Origin: an uncultured Rhodobacteraceae bacterium
Lineage (GTDB): Bacteria > Pseudomonadota > Alphaproteobacteria > Rhodobacterales > Rhodobacteraceae
Direction of reading: 5' to 3'
Length of the DNA stretch: 64,000 nt
NCBI GenBank assembly: GCA_965656935.1
Contig: CBFHMG010000003.1
Location: forward strand, 126,870 to 190,869
Both the position numbers and the translations under genes were made by a program. Below the pieces are notes generated by a model, which searched no databases, was not told the origin of the DNA, and was given only the letters and a program-made list of their open reading frames with translations. Of this stretch, positions 18,258 to 31,343 are shown one piece after another (within the stretch, counting starts at the first letter, position 1; every line of letters begins with the position of its first letter).

Positions 18258-20590
18258 TCCGCCGTGAGAAGCGGGGGCTTTTTAGAGGAAATGCGCGCTT
18301 TCTCAGGCTCTTCGATCCGCAGATCGATTTTGCCATCCTTGACGCCCACTTTGACGTTTCCGCCCTTGGCAAGCTTGCCGAACAGCAATTCTTCGGCCAG
18401 CGGTTTCTTGATATGCTCTTGGATCACGCGGCCAAGCGGGCGCGCGCCCATGCGATCATCATAACCTTCCTCGGCCAACCAAGCAGCGGCGGGCTGTGTC
18501 AGTTCAATCGTCACATTGCGGTCCATCAATTGCGCTTCGAGTTGAAGCACGAATTTCTCGACCACTTGCATGATGATCTCGCGGCCAAGCGGCGCGAAGC
18601 TGATCACGGCATCCAGACGGTTGCGGAATTCAGGCGTGAAGGTCCGTTCAATCGCGGCAGTGTCTTCGCCTTCGCGACGATCACGGCCAAAGCCGATTGC
18701 CGCTTTTGCCTGTTCAGCCGCACCCGCATTCGATGTCATGATCAAGATCACATTGCGGAAATCGACCGAGCGACCGTTATGGTCTGTCAATGTGCCGTGA
18801 TCCATGACCTGCAGCAGGATGTTGAACACATCGGGATGGGCCTTTTCGATCTCGTCGAGCAGCAAGACGCAATGCGGATGCTGGTCAACGCCATCGGTCA
18901 AAAGCCCGCCCTGATCAAAGCCGACATATCCCGGAGGCGCACCGATCAGGCGGGAAACGGCGTGCTTTTCCATGTATTCCGACATGTCGAAGCGCATCAA
19001 TTCCACGCCGAGCGTATCTGCCAATTGCTTGGCAACTTCGGTTTTACCCACACCGGTTGGGCCCGCGAAGAGGTAATTGCCAATCGGCTTTTCAGGCTCA
19101 CGCAATCCTGCACGTGCCAGTTTGATCGCGCTGGACAGCGCCTCGATGGCATTGTCCTGACCAAAGACCACACGCTTGAGGGTGACCTCGAGATCCTTGA
19201 GGACCGTGGCGTCATCCTTGGAGACGTTCTTGGGCGGAATGCGGGCGATCTTGGCGACAACGGCCTCGATCTCTTTGGTGCCGATGGTCTTGCGGCGCTT
19301 GCTGTCGGGCAACAAATGCTGCGCTGCACCCGCCTCATCGATCACATCAATGGCTTTATCCGGCAATTTGCGGTCATTGATATAGCGCGACGACAGCTCC
19401 ACAGCGGTTTTGATCGCATCGGCGGTGTATTTCACATCGTGATGGTCTTCAAAATAGGATTTGATCCCACGCAGGATTTTCACCGCGTCATCCACGGATG
19501 GCTCGGCCACATCGATTTTCTGGAAGCGGCGGCTGAGCGCGCGGTCCTTTTCGAAATGCTGGCGGAATTCCTTATAAGTGGTCGACCCCATACAGCGCAG
19601 CTTGCCGCCCTGAAGCGCAGGCTTGAGCAGGTTGGATGCATCCATCGCACCGCCCGATGTCGCACCCGCACCGATCACGGTGTGGATCTCATCGATGAAC
19701 AGCACCGCATCGGGGTGATCTTCCATCTCGGTCACGACCGCCTTGAGGCGTTCCTCAAAATCACCGCGATACCGCGTGCCGGCCAAAAGTGCGCCCATAT
19801 CGAGGGAATAGATGGTCGATTTCGACAGGACTTCAGGCGTTTGGCCTTCCACGATCTTTTTGGCCAAACCTTCGGCAATCGCTGTTTTACCAACGCCTGG
19901 ATCACCGACCAAAAGCGGGTTGTTCTTGCGACGGCGGCACAGCACCTGAATGCAGCGCTCAACCTCATGATCGCGGCCGATCAAGGGGTCAACATCGCCC
20001 TTATTGGCCTTGTCGTTTAGATCAACGCAGTATTTCGCAAGCGCGGATTCTTTTTTATCCGCCTCGCCTTCGCCTGTCTGTGCCGAGGACATCGGGTCTT
20101 CATCCTCGTCCGAGGAGCCTGCAACGGGGCGATTTTCGCCATAGGATGGGTCCTTGGCAACGCCATGCGCGATAAAGTTCACAGCGTCATAACGGGTCAT
20201 ATCCTGTTCTTGCAGGAAATAGGCGGCATTGGATTCGCGTTCGGCGAAAATCGCGACAAGTACATTTGCACCCGTCACCTCGGTACGGCCCGAGGATTGC
20301 ACATGGATCGCGGCGCGTTGGATCACGCGCTGGAAGGCTGCGGTAGGAACCGCTTCACTTCCTTCAATATCGGTTTCCAGTGTGGACAGATCTTCGTCGA
20401 TGAAAGTCACGACGGTCGTGCGCAATTCATCTACGTCAACGCTACAGGCTTTCATGACCTTTAGCGCGTCTGGTTCATCCAGAAGGGCGAGCAGCAAATG
20501 CTCCAATGTTGCCAATTCGTGTTTACGCGCATTGGCTTGGGCCAGCGCTGCGTGAATGGCCTGCTCAAGAGTGTTTGAAAACGACGGCAC
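18254..20590 (-). CDS. clpA: ATP-dependent Clp protease ATP-binding subunit ClpA
   Basis: 778 aa with a GTG start preceded by aaaggag. It has a Clp N-domain and two AAA+ modules ([25 protein letters not shown]). Confidence 0.95.
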   Translation of the reverse strand: MPSFSNTLEQAIHAALAQANARKHELATLEHLLLALLDEPDALKVMKACSVDVDELRTTVVTFIDEDLSTLETDIEGSEAVPTAAFQRVIQRAAIHVQSSGRTEVTGANVLVAIFAERESNAAYFLQEQDMTRYDAVNFIAHGVAKDPSYGENRPVAGSSDEDEDPMSSAQTGEGEADKKESALAKYCVDLNDKANKGDVDPLIGRDHEVERCIQVLCRRRKNNPLLVGDPGVGKTAIAEGLAKKIVEGQTPEVLSKSTIYSLDMGALLAGTRYRGDFEERLKAVVTEMEDHPDAVLFIDEIHTVIGAGATSGGAMDASNLLKPALQGGKLRCMGSTTYKEFRQHFEKDRALSRRFQKIDVAEPSVDDAVKILRGIKSYFEDHHDVKYTADAIKTAVELSSRYINDRKLPDKAIDVIDEAGAAQHLLPDSKRRKTIGTKEIEAVVAKIARIPPKNVSKDDATVLKDLEVTLKRVVFGQDNAIEALSSAIKLARAGLREPEKPIGNYLFAGPTGVGKTEVAKQLADTLGVELMRFDMSEYMEKHAVSRLIGAPPGYVGFDQGGLLTDGVDQHPHCVLLLDEIEKAHPDVFNILLQVMDHGTLTDHNGRSVDFRNVILIMTSNAGAAEQAKAAIGFGRDRREGEDTAAIERTFTPEFRNRLDAVISFAPLGREIIMQVVEKFVLQLEAQLMDRNVTIELTQPAAAWLAEEGYDDRMGARPLGRVIQEHIKKPLAEELLFGKLAKGGNVKVGVKDGKIDLRIEEPEKARISSKKPPLLTAE

Positions 20591-20804
20591 GATATGTGCT
20601 CCTTTCGTTGCGTCGACGGGTGTTTCAGTGGCCCGCCTGACTTTGGCCTCATAACTATAACGTTCGGTTTTATTTCGCGGGTTTCAAGCAAAACTTACGA
20701 AAAAAATGCGGTTGACGCTGCGATCTGGCCTTTTAGCGGGGGAAAACTGGCCCCCATGCGCTTTTTCGCAGCATATTTTACGGACGCATCTGGTGCTGCG
20801 CGGG

Positions 20805-21590
20805 TTAGAAGTGATCTTTTCGTGATCGTATCTCGGTAAAGACAGCCACATCAGAGGCATCTTGCATCCCGATTGCCGCTTTCACCTCGGGAAGATGGGC
20901 CCGCAGGAACGGGTTTGTCATCAATTCTTCCGAGAGAAGGCTGGGAACAGTCGGCAGACCTTGTGCGCGATGCTGTGTGATCATCTCTGAACGGGACTTA
21001 AGCTCTGAGTTGTCGGGTTCAATACTTTGCGCAAAATTTGCATTGGCGGCGGTATATTCATGGCCCGAGCAGACCAGCGTCTCTGGCGGCAATTTGGCCA
21101 GTTTTGTCAGGCTCTCCCACATCTGCGCGGGTGTGCCTTCAAAAAGGCGGCCACAGCCAAGCGCCATTAGGCTATCGGCGGTGAACACGGCGCGCGCTTG
21201 CGGGAAGTGAAAAGCGATATGCCCGACCGTGTGGCCCGAGACGTCCAAGACATGCCCCGTCAGATCACCAATCGTGATGCTTTCGCCTTCGCTCAAAGCG
21301 CGGTCCAGCGGGGGTAGCCTATGGGCATCCTTGGCGGCACCAAGCACCTGAACGCCTTTTCTGCCATTCAGCAAATCAGCCAAGCCATCGACATGGTCAT
21401 AATGATGATGCGTTATCAAAACATGGCTCAGCACCCAGCCCTTGGCCTCTAGCGCGGCGGCGATCGGGGCGGCTTCTGGCACATCAATCACCGCGGTCTG
21501 GCCTGTCGCCTTGTCATGCAGCAGATAGGCGTAATTATCCTGCAGGCAGGGGATGGTGACGATTTCAGCGGAAGGCGTGGTCTCAGGCAT
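20805..21590 (-). CDS. gloB: Hydroxyacylglutathione hydrolase (glyoxalase II)
   Basis: IPCLQDNYAYLL, THHHYDHVDG and GHTVGHIAF. ATG 21590 is preferred over the extended track ORF. Confidence 0.9.
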   Translation of the reverse strand: MPETTPSAEIVTIPCLQDNYAYLLHDKATGQTAVIDVPEAAPIAAALEAKGWVLSHVLITHHHYDHVDGLADLLNGRKGVQVLGAAKDAHRLPPLDRALSEGESITIGDLTGHVLDVSGHTVGHIAFHFPQARAVFTADSLMALGCGRLFEGTPAQMWESLTKLAKLPPETLVCSGHEYTAANANFAQSIEPDNSELKSRSEMITQHRAQGLPTVPSLLSEELMTNPFLRAHLPEVKAAIGMQDASDVAVFTEIRSRKDHF

Positions 21591-21658
21591 GGCTTTATTC
21601 TTCCGAGGGGCTAAGGTGAGCGTCAACATGACCTTCGCGCACCGCATCGGGGTTTGCA

Positions 21659-22441
21659 ATGCATCTGGATGTGCTGGACCTGCGCCAGTTTTATTATCGA
21701 ACCAGATTGGGTCGGATTGCACAAAAGGCGATCCGCGACCAAATGCTTGCGCTTTGGCCAGAAGCAGACGGCCAGACCGTGGTTGGCTTTGGCTTCGCGG
21801 TTCCTCTGTTGCGGCCCTATTTGCCCAAAGCGCGCAGGGTCATCGGGTTGATGCCTGCCGAGCAAGGCGTGATGCCGTGGCCTGCGGGTATGGAGAATGT
21901 GTCCACGCTCAGCCGCGAAGGGCAATGGCCGATCCAGACAGGGTTTGTGGATAGGCTGGTTTGCTTGCATGGGTTGGAGACCTCGGAAGATCCCTCGGCC
22001 GTATTAGAGGAAGCCTCGCGCGTTTTGGGGCCGGGTGGGCGCGCCTTGTTTATCGTGCCCAATCGCAGCGGGCTGTGGTCGCGACGGGATGCAACGCCAT
22101 TTGGTTTCGGGCGGCCCTATTCGCTAAGCCAGTTGGAAGCGCAGCTCAAACGGCACGGTTTTGTGCCCGAGCGTCATGTCGCGGCCTTGTTCGCGCCCCC
22201 CAGCCATGGACGGTTTTGGTTGAAATCATCAGGCATGGTGGAGCGCGTCGGGCGCAAATTATCATCTTATTACGCGGGCGGCGTGATTATGGTGGAGGCG
22301 TCCAAACAGGTCTATGCCCCGACACGACCCGGGCTTGCAGAACGCGTGCGCCAACCGCTTCGAGTGCTGGAAGGCGTTCCAAAGCCAGCGGGTGCCTCAG
22401 GCTTGGTGGGCCCGAGTCATTCCATGCATTTGGACGAATAA
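21659..22441 (+). CDS. Class I SAM-dependent methyltransferase
   Basis: 260 aa, divergent from gloB as is common in Alphaproteobacteria. A methyltransferase-type [20 protein letters not shown] segment is present. Confidence 0.7.
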   Translation: MHLDVLDLRQFYYRTRLGRIAQKAIRDQMLALWPEADGQTVVGFGFAVPLLRPYLPKARRVIGLMPAEQGVMPWPAGMENVSTLSREGQWPIQTGFVDRLVCLHGLETSEDPSAVLEEASRVLGPGGRALFIVPNRSGLWSRRDATPFGFGRPYSLSQLEAQLKRHGFVPERHVAALFAPPSHGRFWLKSSGMVERVGRKLSSYYAGGVIMVEASKQVYAPTRPGLAERVRQPLRVLEGVPKPAGASGLVGPSHSMHLDE

Positions 22442-22689
22442 AGGCAAGAATCCCTGCCAATTTTGTCGGAATTTTGCAGCTTCAAAGCGTCGCAGTTTTC
22501 CGAACATCGAAGAACGCCTTTAAAATAAAGCAAAAGCGCCGCAGCTTTAATTGTCTTTGAGCGGTTGCAGCATGAAACACCCTCTGCTAAATCGACGCGA
22601 AATTAACGCAAACTCGGGCCGCGTAGTTGGCCTGTATTTTGAACGTCCGGCGCGCGGCTCTCGCGTGACTGGGCCATTACGTTGAAAGG

Positions 22690-23256
22690 GTGGACGTGTC
22701 CGAACCAGCTTCCATTTCTACCGGCATTGCCTCTCGTTATGCGACCGCGATGTTTGATCTGGCCACGGAGGCGAAAGCTCTCGCCGCACTGGAAAAAGAC
22801 GTCGATGCGCTGGAGGCCGCGCTTGCTGTAAGTGCCGATCTGCGCGATGTCATTTCCTCGCCAATCTACAGCCGCGATGAAGCGCAGGCCGCGATTGGCG
22901 CTGTCGCCAAGGCGATGCCCCTCAACGAAATTTCGACGAACACGCTCTTGCTGATGGCGTCGAAGCGTAGGCTCTTTGTGCTTCCGGCCTTGTTGCGCGT
23001 GTTGCGCGACATGATCGCGGATCACAAAGGTGAAATTACTGCGGATGTGGTCTCTGCCAAGGCTTTGACCAAGACGCAGGCTGACAAACTGGCCAAATCC
23101 TTGAAGGCCAGCGTCGGCAAAGACGTGAAACTGAATGCGACCGTTGATGAAACCCTCATCGGCGGTCTTGTTGTTAAGGTGGGCTCGAAGATGATCGACA
23201 CGTCGATCCGCTCCAAGCTCAACTCCCTCCAGAACACTATGAAAGAGGTCGGATAA
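22690..23256 (+). CDS. atpH: F1 ATP synthase subunit delta (OSCP)
   Basis: [13 protein letters not shown]...[22 protein letters not shown]. First gene of atpHAGDC. The start is GTG 22690 or GTG 22696. Confidence 0.9.
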   Translation: MDVSEPASISTGIASRYATAMFDLATEAKALAALEKDVDALEAALAVSADLRDVISSPIYSRDEAQAAIGAVAKAMPLNEISTNTLLLMASKRRLFVLPALLRVLRDMIADHKGEITADVVSAKALTKTQADKLAKSLKASVGKDVKLNATVDETLIGGLVVKVGSKMIDTSIRSKLNSLQNTMKEVG

Positions 23257-24794
23257 TGGCGATCCAAGCAGCAGAGATTTCTGCAATCCTGAAAGACCAG
23301 ATCAAAAGTTTTGGTCAGGATGCCGAAGTGGCCGAAGTTGGCCGCGTGCTTAGCGTAGGTGATGGTATCGCCCGCGTATATGGGCTCGATAACGTGCAGG
23401 CCGGTGAAATGGTCGAATTCCCAGGCGGTATCATGGGAATGGCGTTGAACCTCGAGACTGACAATGTCGGTGTCGTGATCTTCGGCTCCGACCGTGACAT
23501 CAAGGAAGGTGACACGGTCAAGCGCACAAACTCCATCGTGGACGTGCCTGTTGGCCCTGAACTTCTGGGTCGTGTTGTTGACGGTCTTGGCAACCCGCTG
23601 GACGGCAAAGGCCCGATCAAAGCCAAGGCCCGTAGTGTTGCGGACGTGAAAGCGCCCGGCATTATTCCTCGTAAATCGGTGCACGAGCCGATGGCGACTG
23701 GCCTCAAGGCCGTTGATGCGATGATCCCGATTGGCCGTGGCCAGCGCGAATTGATCATTGGCGACCGTCAGACTGGTAAGACAGCCGTGGCGCTCGACGC
23801 GATCCTGAACCAGAAAAGCTATAACGATGCAGCAGGCGACGACGAGAGCAAGAAGCTCTACTGCGTCTATGTCGCGATCGGCCAGAAGCGCTCGACCGTT
23901 GCGCAGCTGGTGAAAAAGCTCGAAGAAACCGGTGCGATCGAGTATTCGATCGTGGTTGCCGCGACCGCTTCCGATCCCGCACCTATGCAGTTCCTCGCGC
24001 CTTACGCGGCCACATCGATGGCTGAATATTTCCGCGACAACGGCAAGCATGCTTTGATCATCTATGATGACCTTTCCAAGCAGGCTGTTGCGTATCGTCA
24101 GATGTCGTTGCTTCTGCGTCGCCCACCCGGACGTGAAGCCTATCCTGGTGACGTTTTCTATCTCCACTCCCGCCTGCTTGAGCGGTCTTCGAAGTTGAAC
24201 GAAGAGTTCGGCTCGGGCTCCTTGACGGCCTTGCCGATCATTGAAACCCAAGGTGGTGACGTTTCGGCCTTTATTCCAACCAACGTGATTTCGATCACCG
24301 ATGGTCAGGTCTTCCTCGAAACCGATCTGTTCTATCAGGGCATTCGTCCTGCTGTGAACACAGGTCTTTCGGTAAGCCGCGTTGGCTCCTCCGCTCAGAC
24401 CAATGCGATGAAGACAGTTGCTGGTCCGGTTAAGCTGGAATTGGCGCAGTATCGTGAAATGGCGGCCTTCGCCCAGTTCGGTTCCGACCTTGACGCATCA
24501 ACACAGCGTTTGCTGAACCGTGGTGCACGTCTGACCGAATTGATGAAGCAGCCACAATATGCGCCGCTGACCAATGCTGAGATCGTCTGTGTCATCTTTG
24601 CAGGTACCGAAGGCTTCCTCGACAAGATCGCAGTAAGTGATGTGGGTCGCTTTGAGAAAGGCCTTCTGCAGCATTTGCGTGGCAAGCATAAAGACACCCT
24701 CGATTGGATCACGAATGACGATCCGAAAATCAAAGGTGATGCTGCTGATCGACTGAAGAAAGTCATCGAAGAATTCGCTGCAGACTTTTCGTAA
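23256..24794 (+). CDS. atpA: F1 ATP synthase subunit alpha
   Basis: [13 protein letters not shown] Walker A and full-length collinearity with AtpA. TAATG junction with atpH. Confidence 0.97.
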   Translation: MAIQAAEISAILKDQIKSFGQDAEVAEVGRVLSVGDGIARVYGLDNVQAGEMVEFPGGIMGMALNLETDNVGVVIFGSDRDIKEGDTVKRTNSIVDVPVGPELLGRVVDGLGNPLDGKGPIKAKARSVADVKAPGIIPRKSVHEPMATGLKAVDAMIPIGRGQRELIIGDRQTGKTAVALDAILNQKSYNDAAGDDESKKLYCVYVAIGQKRSTVAQLVKKLEETGAIEYSIVVAATASDPAPMQFLAPYAATSMAEYFRDNGKHALIIYDDLSKQAVAYRQMSLLLRRPPGREAYPGDVFYLHSRLLERSSKLNEEFGSGSLTALPIIETQGGDVSAFIPTNVISITDGQVFLETDLFYQGIRPAVNTGLSVSRVGSSAQTNAMKTVAGPVKLELAQYREMAAFAQFGSDLDASTQRLLNRGARLTELMKQPQYAPLTNAEIVCVIFAGTEGFLDKIAVSDVGRFEKGLLQHLRGKHKDTLDWITNDDPKIKGDAADRLKKVIEEFAADFS

Positions 24795-24806
24795 GGGGGC
24801 CTTGGT

Positions 24807-25682
24807 ATGCCAAGTCTCAAGGACCTAAAAAACAGGATCGAGTCGGTCAAATCGACCCGCAAGATCACCAAGGCCATGCAGATGGTGGCCGCGGCTAAAC
24901 TGCGCCGTGCGCAGGAAGCCGCAGAAGCCGCTCGGCCCTATGCCGAGAAGATGACGGCTGTTGTTGGTGGTTTGGCGGCGTCGGTTGGACAGTCCGAAAG
25001 CGCGCCGCGCCTTCTGGCTGGTACCGGCTCCGATCAAACCCAGCTTCTGGTCGTGATGACCTCGGAGCGGGGTCTGTGCGGTGGTTTCAACTCCACGATT
25101 GTGCGTCTGGCGAAGGCCCGCGTGCAGGAGCTTCTGGCCCAAGGCAAAACAGTGAAAATTCTCACTGTTGGCAAAAAAGGCCGTGAGCAACTGAACCGTG
25201 ACTTTGCGGATCATATGGTTGCCCATATCGATCTGGGTGATGTGAAGCGTGTTGGCTATGCCAATGCGGCTGACATCGCAAAAGACGTGATGGAACGGTT
25301 TGATCTGGGCGAATTCGATGTCGCCACGATCTTCTTCAACCGCTTCCAATCTGTGATCAGTCAGGTGCCAACAGCACAGCAGATCATCCCTGCCGTCTTC
25401 GAGACGAAAGGTGAGGCGACAAACGAGACGCCTTATGATTACGAACCCTCGGAAGAGGCGATCCTTGAAGATCTTTTGCCAAGTGGTGTGGCAACGCAGA
25501 TTTTCACCGCCCTTCTTGAAAATGCCGCCTCGGAGCAGGGCGCGCGTATGTCTGCAATGGATAACGCAACCCGCAACGCAGGCGAGATGATCGACAAACT
25601 GACCATCGAGTTTAACCGCTCACGTCAGGCGGTCATCACCAATGAACTGATTGAAATTATCTCGGGCGCGGAAGCGCTCTAA
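24807..25682 (+). CDS. atpG: F1 ATP synthase subunit gamma
   Basis: [36 protein letters not shown]...[15 protein letters not shown]. Confidence 0.95.
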   Translation: MPSLKDLKNRIESVKSTRKITKAMQMVAAAKLRRAQEAAEAARPYAEKMTAVVGGLAASVGQSESAPRLLAGTGSDQTQLLVVMTSERGLCGGFNSTIVRLAKARVQELLAQGKTVKILTVGKKGREQLNRDFADHMVAHIDLGDVKRVGYANAADIAKDVMERFDLGEFDVATIFFNRFQSVISQVPTAQQIIPAVFETKGEATNETPYDYEPSEEAILEDLLPSGVATQIFTALLENAASEQGARMSAMDNATRNAGEMIDKLTIEFNRSRQAVITNELIEIISGAEAL

Positions 25683-27125
<1,443 letters not shown>

Positions 27126-27137
27126 TAGGAGGGCCTT

Positions 27138-27560
27138 ATGGCCGACGCAATGAAGTTCGATCTGGTTTCGCCCGAGCGCCGTCTGGCCTCGGTCGAAGCG
27201 AGTGAAGTGCAGATCCCGGGTGCTGACGGTGACATGACGGCCATGGCCAACCATGCTCCAACAATCACCACGCTGCGTCCGGGTGTTCTTAAGGTTACCC
27301 ATGCGGGTGGCGTTGATGAATATGTGGTCATTGGCGGCTTTGCCGATATCTCACCTGCAGGTGTTACCGTTCTGGCCGAACGCGCCTTGCCGCGCGCTGA
27401 GGTCTCCAAAGAGCTGTTCGCCGAATGGGTCGAGGAATATCGCGCGGCCCATGAGGCTGCGAAAGATGGCTTCGAGAACCAGCCTGGTCCTGTTGATGAT
27501 GCGGCAAAGCTTCTGTCTGATATGGTTGCGCTTGGCGATCATATTCAGATCGGAAACTGA
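27138..27560 (+). CDS. atpC: F1 ATP synthase subunit epsilon
   Basis: 140 aa, last gene of the operon. The N-terminal beta-sandwich pattern [10 protein letters not shown]...[11 protein letters not shown] is present. Confidence 0.9.
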   Translation: MADAMKFDLVSPERRLASVEASEVQIPGADGDMTAMANHAPTITTLRPGVLKVTHAGGVDEYVVIGGFADISPAGVTVLAERALPRAEVSKELFAEWVEEYRAAHEAAKDGFENQPGPVDDAAKLLSDMVALGDHIQIGN

Positions 27561-27589
27561 GCTACATTCCATCTTAGGATAATGCTTTC

Positions 27590-27630
27590 AAAGCCCCCGC
27601 AGACCGCGTGTCTTCGGGGGCTTTCTTATT
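27590..27630 (+). terminator. Rho-independent terminator of the atp operon
   Basis: Stem aagcccccg (27591-27599) pairs with cgggggctt (27615-27623), followed by tcttatt. Confidence 0.7.
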
Positions 27631-27697
27631 GTTAACTACTTTTTGCTTGGACTGGGTCCAATTGATCCTTAGGTAGAAGAAAACAGGCAAAATCAGT

Positions 27698-28048
27698 ATG
27701 AAGCAGCTAAACGCAAATAGTGTTGGTATTGATCAAGGGTCGCGCATCCTGTTCTCGGATTTCGAGGAAGGAGGCGTGATGTGGACGGGTGAAGGCCCCC
27801 GTGAAGCCCGGTTTCCAACCGAATTCGGCAAGCCCTATAAAACGCCTCCCGTGGTGCATGTATCCCTCACCATGTGGGATACGGATGGCAAGACCAATCA
27901 GCGCGCGGATCTCAAGGCCGAGAATATAACCGAAACCTCATTCGAGATCGTTTTCAAAACATGGGGCGATAGCCGCGTGGCGCGGGTCCGTGCGGATTGG
28001 ATGTCCATTGGCGAGTTGTCCAATGAGGATGACTGGCAGCTTTACTGA
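27698..28048 (+). CDS. Single-domain H-type lectin-like protein (cytoplasmic, no signal peptide)
   Basis: 116 aa. The pattern F...F..PY.TPPVVHVSLTMWD....NQRADLKAENITETSFEIVFKTWGDSRVARVRADWMSIGE matches my memory of the H_lectin domain. It has its own AT-rich upstream region and a terminator. Confidence 0.6.
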   Translation: MKQLNANSVGIDQGSRILFSDFEEGGVMWTGEGPREARFPTEFGKPYKTPPVVHVSLTMWDTDGKTNQRADLKAENITETSFEIVFKTWGDSRVARVRADWMSIGELSNEDDWQLY

Positions 28049-28057
28049 CGCTTAGTC

Positions 28058-28077
28058 AGGGCCGCCGTAGCGGCCCT
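28058..28077. terminator. Hairpin between the convergent lectin-like gene and prs (bidirectional terminator candidate)
   Basis: agggccgc / gcggccct 8-bp stem with loop cgta, lying between two stop codons. Confidence 0.5.
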
Positions 28078-28085
28078 CTTGCGCT

Positions 28086-29114
28086 TTAGCGGCCATACAT
28101 GCCGTTGGGATAGAGCCCCTCATAGATCGGTGAGAGCGTCTTCGTATCAAACAGCGACGAAACGCTGGTGCCGTTCCAGATATTCAGAATAGCTTGGGAG
28201 AACATTGGCGCTGTTGGCACGATGCGGATGTTCTTGCAGGCCTTTACTTCATCAGTGGGTTCGATCGTGTCTGTGATGACGAGCGCTTTCATCACCGAAT
28301 TCGTGATCCGCTCCACTGCGGGCCCCGATAGAACACCATGGGTGATATAGGCATGCACTTCGGTCGCGCCATGCTCAACAAGGACCTCTGCTGCTTTGCA
28401 CAAGGTGCCGGCCGTGTCGCAGATGTCATCGACTATAAGGCATTTCTTGCCGCGGACATCACCGATCACGGTCATCTCGGCAATCTCGCCTGGTTTTTCG
28501 CGGCGTTTATCCACGATCGCGAGGGGGGCGCCGATGCGCTGTGCCAACTCGCGTGCGCGGGCGACGCCGCCCACATCCGGTGAAATCACCATCACATCGG
28601 ATACATCGCCTTCGAATTGGTGCAGGATATCGAGCGCGAAAATGGGGCTGGCATAAAGGTTGTCCACGGGGATGTCGAAAAAGCCCTGAATCTGGGCTGC
28701 ATGCAGGTCCATCGTCAAAACGCGCTCAATGCCGCCCTCGGCAATGAGATTGGCCACCAGCTTGGCCGAGATAGGCGTGCGCGCCTTTGTGCGGCGGTCC
28801 TGACGGGCATAGCCGAAATAAGGGATCACGGCGGTGATACGGCTGGCCGAGGAACGTCTGAGAGCATCGGAGATGATCAACAGCTCCATCAGGTTGTCAT
28901 TGGCAGGCTTTGAGGTTGGCTGGACGATGAACATATCTTCGCCGCGGACATTCTCGTAGACCTCGACGAAAATCTCTTGGTCGTTGAAACGCTCAACCCG
29001 CGCATCAACCAGATCGACCGCCAAACCTCGATGCATCGACATGCGTCGTGCCATTGCTTCGGCCAGAGTTCGGTTTGCATTTCCGGAGATCAGTTTAGGG
29101 TCGCTGGCAGCCAT
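28086..29114 (-). CDS. prs: Ribose-phosphate pyrophosphokinase
   Basis: [25 protein letters not shown] and [16 protein letters not shown] 29114 is preferred. Confidence 0.93.
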   Translation of the reverse strand: MAASDPKLISGNANRTLAEAMARRMSMHRGLAVDLVDARVERFNDQEIFVEVYENVRGEDMFIVQPTSKPANDNLMELLIISDALRRSSASRITAVIPYFGYARQDRRTKARTPISAKLVANLIAEGGIERVLTMDLHAAQIQGFFDIPVDNLYASPIFALDILHQFEGDVSDVMVISPDVGGVARARELAQRIGAPLAIVDKRREKPGEIAEMTVIGDVRGKKCLIVDDICDTAGTLCKAAEVLVEHGATEVHAYITHGVLSGPAVERITNSVMKALVITDTIEPTDEVKACKNIRIVPTAPMFSQAILNIWNGTSVSSLFDTKTLSPIYEGLYPNGMYGR

Positions 29115-29214
29115 ATCTTTGGTGTTCCTTGTCGTGTTGGTTTGGGCCCCCAATGCCCGTTGACACCCACTATCATCCGACTACCGTCTTCGCAAAGTCA
29201 AAAGGGAGCGGCTG

Positions 29215-29814
29215 ATGGCCCATATCGATTATTACTTCGCGACCTTGTCGCCCTATACCTATCTCTCGGGGCAGCGGCTGGCGGAGGTTTCGGCCAAGCA
29301 TGGCTGCGCGGTCACCTTCAAGCCCTTGGACATTATGGCGCTTTTCGCACGCACGGGCGGCACGCCCCCCAAGGACAGGCATCCGTCGCGGCAGGCTTAC
29401 CGTCTACAGGACCTTGTGCGCAGCGCGAAGAAAACAGGCTTTGCCCTGAACGAAAAACCGATGTTCTGGCCCACCAACCCCGCGCCATCCTCTTTTGCGA
29501 TCATCTCGGCGCAGAAGGCGGGCGGGGGTGATTTGGGTGTTTTGGTGCATGCGCTGACCCGATCTGTTTGGGCCGATGAAAAGGATATCTCGCAAGATGA
29601 GGTGATCCGCGCCTGTTTGGAAGAAGCAGGATTTGATCCCGCTTTGGCCGATCGCGATATGTTGGCCAGCGCCGAAGAATATGGCCGCAATCTCGAAGAT
29701 GCGGTGAATTCAGGCGTCTTCGGCGCACCCTTCTATGTGGTCGATAATACCGCGCATTTCTGGGGCCAAGACAGGATCGAAGACCTCGATCTGTATCTCG
29801 CTGGCAAGCTTTGA
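29215..29814 (+). CDS. 2-hydroxychromene-2-carboxylate isomerase family (DsbA-like) protein
   Basis: 199 aa. IDYYFATLSPYTYL...GVFGAPFYVV..HFWGQDRIEDL is typical of the HCCA isomerase family. Confidence 0.8.
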   Translation: MAHIDYYFATLSPYTYLSGQRLAEVSAKHGCAVTFKPLDIMALFARTGGTPPKDRHPSRQAYRLQDLVRSAKKTGFALNEKPMFWPTNPAPSSFAIISAQKAGGGDLGVLVHALTRSVWADEKDISQDEVIRACLEEAGFDPALADRDMLASAEEYGRNLEDAVNSGVFGAPFYVVDNTAHFWGQDRIEDLDLYLAGKL

Positions 29815-29847
29815 TCTGAAAAAGCGGACGGCCCGCGCGCGGGCCGC

Positions 29848-30900
29848 TCAGCCGCGCCAGAGCGCTGTGATCTGATCGACGCTGTCCTTGCTGCAGGACC
29901 AATCGGTCACCAAGCGGCACAGGATGAGCTCATCATCCGGTCCTTCCAGCGTGGCGGAGAAGGGGAAGAGGTAATATTGCGCCCCTGCCTCCATCGCGCG
30001 GCGATGCGCGGCGCGGGGAAGTTCTGCAAAAATCATGTTCCCCGCAGGCTCATGGGCCAGCTTTGCACCTGGAAGGGCGCGGATTGCTTCGGCCAGCGTG
30101 GCGCAATGGGCGTTCGCGTCCTGCGCCAATTCCAGCCACAGCCCGTCGGTGACATAGGCATCCATTTGCGCTGACATGTATTTATGCTTGGACCACAGAT
30201 GCGCCCCCCGTTTGCGGCGCAATTCCATTTCCCATGATTGGGCAGGGTCAAAAAAGATCACGGCTTCCACGGCCATGCAGCCGTTCTTGGTGCCGCCAAA
30301 GCTGACGGCATCAATGCCTGCTTTCCACGTCATCTCGGCGGGTGTGCAGCCAAGTGCGGCACAGGCATTGGCAAATCGCGCGCCATCAAGATGGGTTTTG
30401 AGGCCGAATTCCTTGGCGACATCTGTCAGGGCCTTGATCTCGGCCAAGCTATAGGCGGTGCCCACTTCGGTGATATTGGTGATCGTCACGGGGCCACGCT
30501 GGACCCCGTGAACACCCTTATCGCCCGTTTGAAGGATAGCCGCGCGCAAACCCTCAGGCGTCATTTTCGCATCTTCGCCGTCAACCAAGGTCAGCTTGGC
30601 CCCATTGGAGTAGAACTCAGGCGCGCCGCATTCATCCATTTCCACATGGGCGACGCGGTGGCAGAAAATCGCATCCCAAGGATTTGCCAGACATGCCAGC
30701 GCCAGTGAGTTCGCGGCTGTCCCAGTCGAGACCAGATGCACGCTGGCCTCAGGCGCTTCAAAAAGGGCGCGCAGCTTGGCGGTTACATCGGGCATGATCG
30801 GATCATTGCCATAGGGCATCGCATAGCCTTCATTGGCGCGCATGACAGCCTCCATTACCTTTGGATGGGCGGGGCCTGTGTTGTCGGATGCAAAGATCAT
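29848..30900 (-). CDS. ltaE: Low-specificity L-threonine aldolase (beta-eliminating lyase family)
   Basis: FASDNTGPAHPKV...YGND...TGTAANSLAL...SFGGTKNG (PLP Lys). Confidence 0.8.
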   Translation of the reverse strand: MIFASDNTGPAHPKVMEAVMRANEGYAMPYGNDPIMPDVTAKLRALFEAPEASVHLVSTGTAANSLALACLANPWDAIFCHRVAHVEMDECGAPEFYSNGAKLTLVDGEDAKMTPEGLRAAILQTGDKGVHGVQRGPVTITNITEVGTAYSLAEIKALTDVAKEFGLKTHLDGARFANACAALGCTPAEMTWKAGIDAVSFGGTKNGCMAVEAVIFFDPAQSWEMELRRKRGAHLWSKHKYMSAQMDAYVTDGLWLELAQDANAHCATLAEAIRALPGAKLAHEPAGNMIFAELPRAAHRRAMEAGAQYYLFPFSATLEGPDDELILCRLVTDWSCSKDSVDQITALWRG

Positions 30901-31343
30901 GTTCCGGGTTCCTCGATGATATAGTCTTCCCAGTCTTCTTCGGGGATTTCGAATTCGGGCACGGTTATGCCACGGATCGAGATACCCGCCTCATGGACCG
31001 TCTCGGGATCACCCGACACCAAAGGGTGCCACCAATGCAAGGGCTTGCCTTCATGCAGCAAACGGTAGGCGCAGGTTTCGGGCATGAAATAGGCGACATC
31101 CCCCATCGTCTTGGGGGTCAATTGGATGCATTCGGGAACGAGGCTTTTGCGGATGTCATATTGCCCGCAGCGGCAGCTTTGATCATCAAGCAGGCGGCAA
31201 GCCACGCGGGTCAGGGCCACTTCGCCCGTGTCTTCATCTTCAAGCTTGTTGAGGCAGCATTTCCCGCAGCCATCGCACAGGGCTTCCCATTCCTGCGCTG
31301 TCATTTTGGCCATGGGGACAGTTTCCCAAAACTGCTTTCTCAT
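30897..31343 (-). CDS. ycgN: YcgN-family cysteine-cluster protein (UPF0260)
   Basis: FWE...EWEALCDGCGKCCLNKLEDEDTGEV..T.VACRLLD...CRC..Y is collinear with E. coli YcgN. ATGA overlaps on both sides. Confidence 0.85.
   Translation of the reverse strand: MRKQFWETVPMAKMTAQEWEALCDGCGKCCLNKLEDEDTGEVALTRVACRLLDDQSCRCGQYDIRKSLVPECIQLTPKTMGDVAYFMPETCAYRLLHEGKPLHWWHPLVSGDPETVHEAGISIRGITVPEFEIPEEDWEDYIIEEPGT

Noticed and set aside
18251-20020. 589-aa plus-strand ORF
   Set aside because: It is antisense to clpA, whose AAA+ motifs are unambiguous on the minus strand.
20591-20804. Possible sigma-32 promoter (CTTGAAA ... TTATAGT) and hairpins upstream of clpA
   Set aside because: The spacing between the -35-like and -10-like hexamers (about 22 nt) is too long, and the hairpins are short (5 bp). 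This is not supportable without TSS data.
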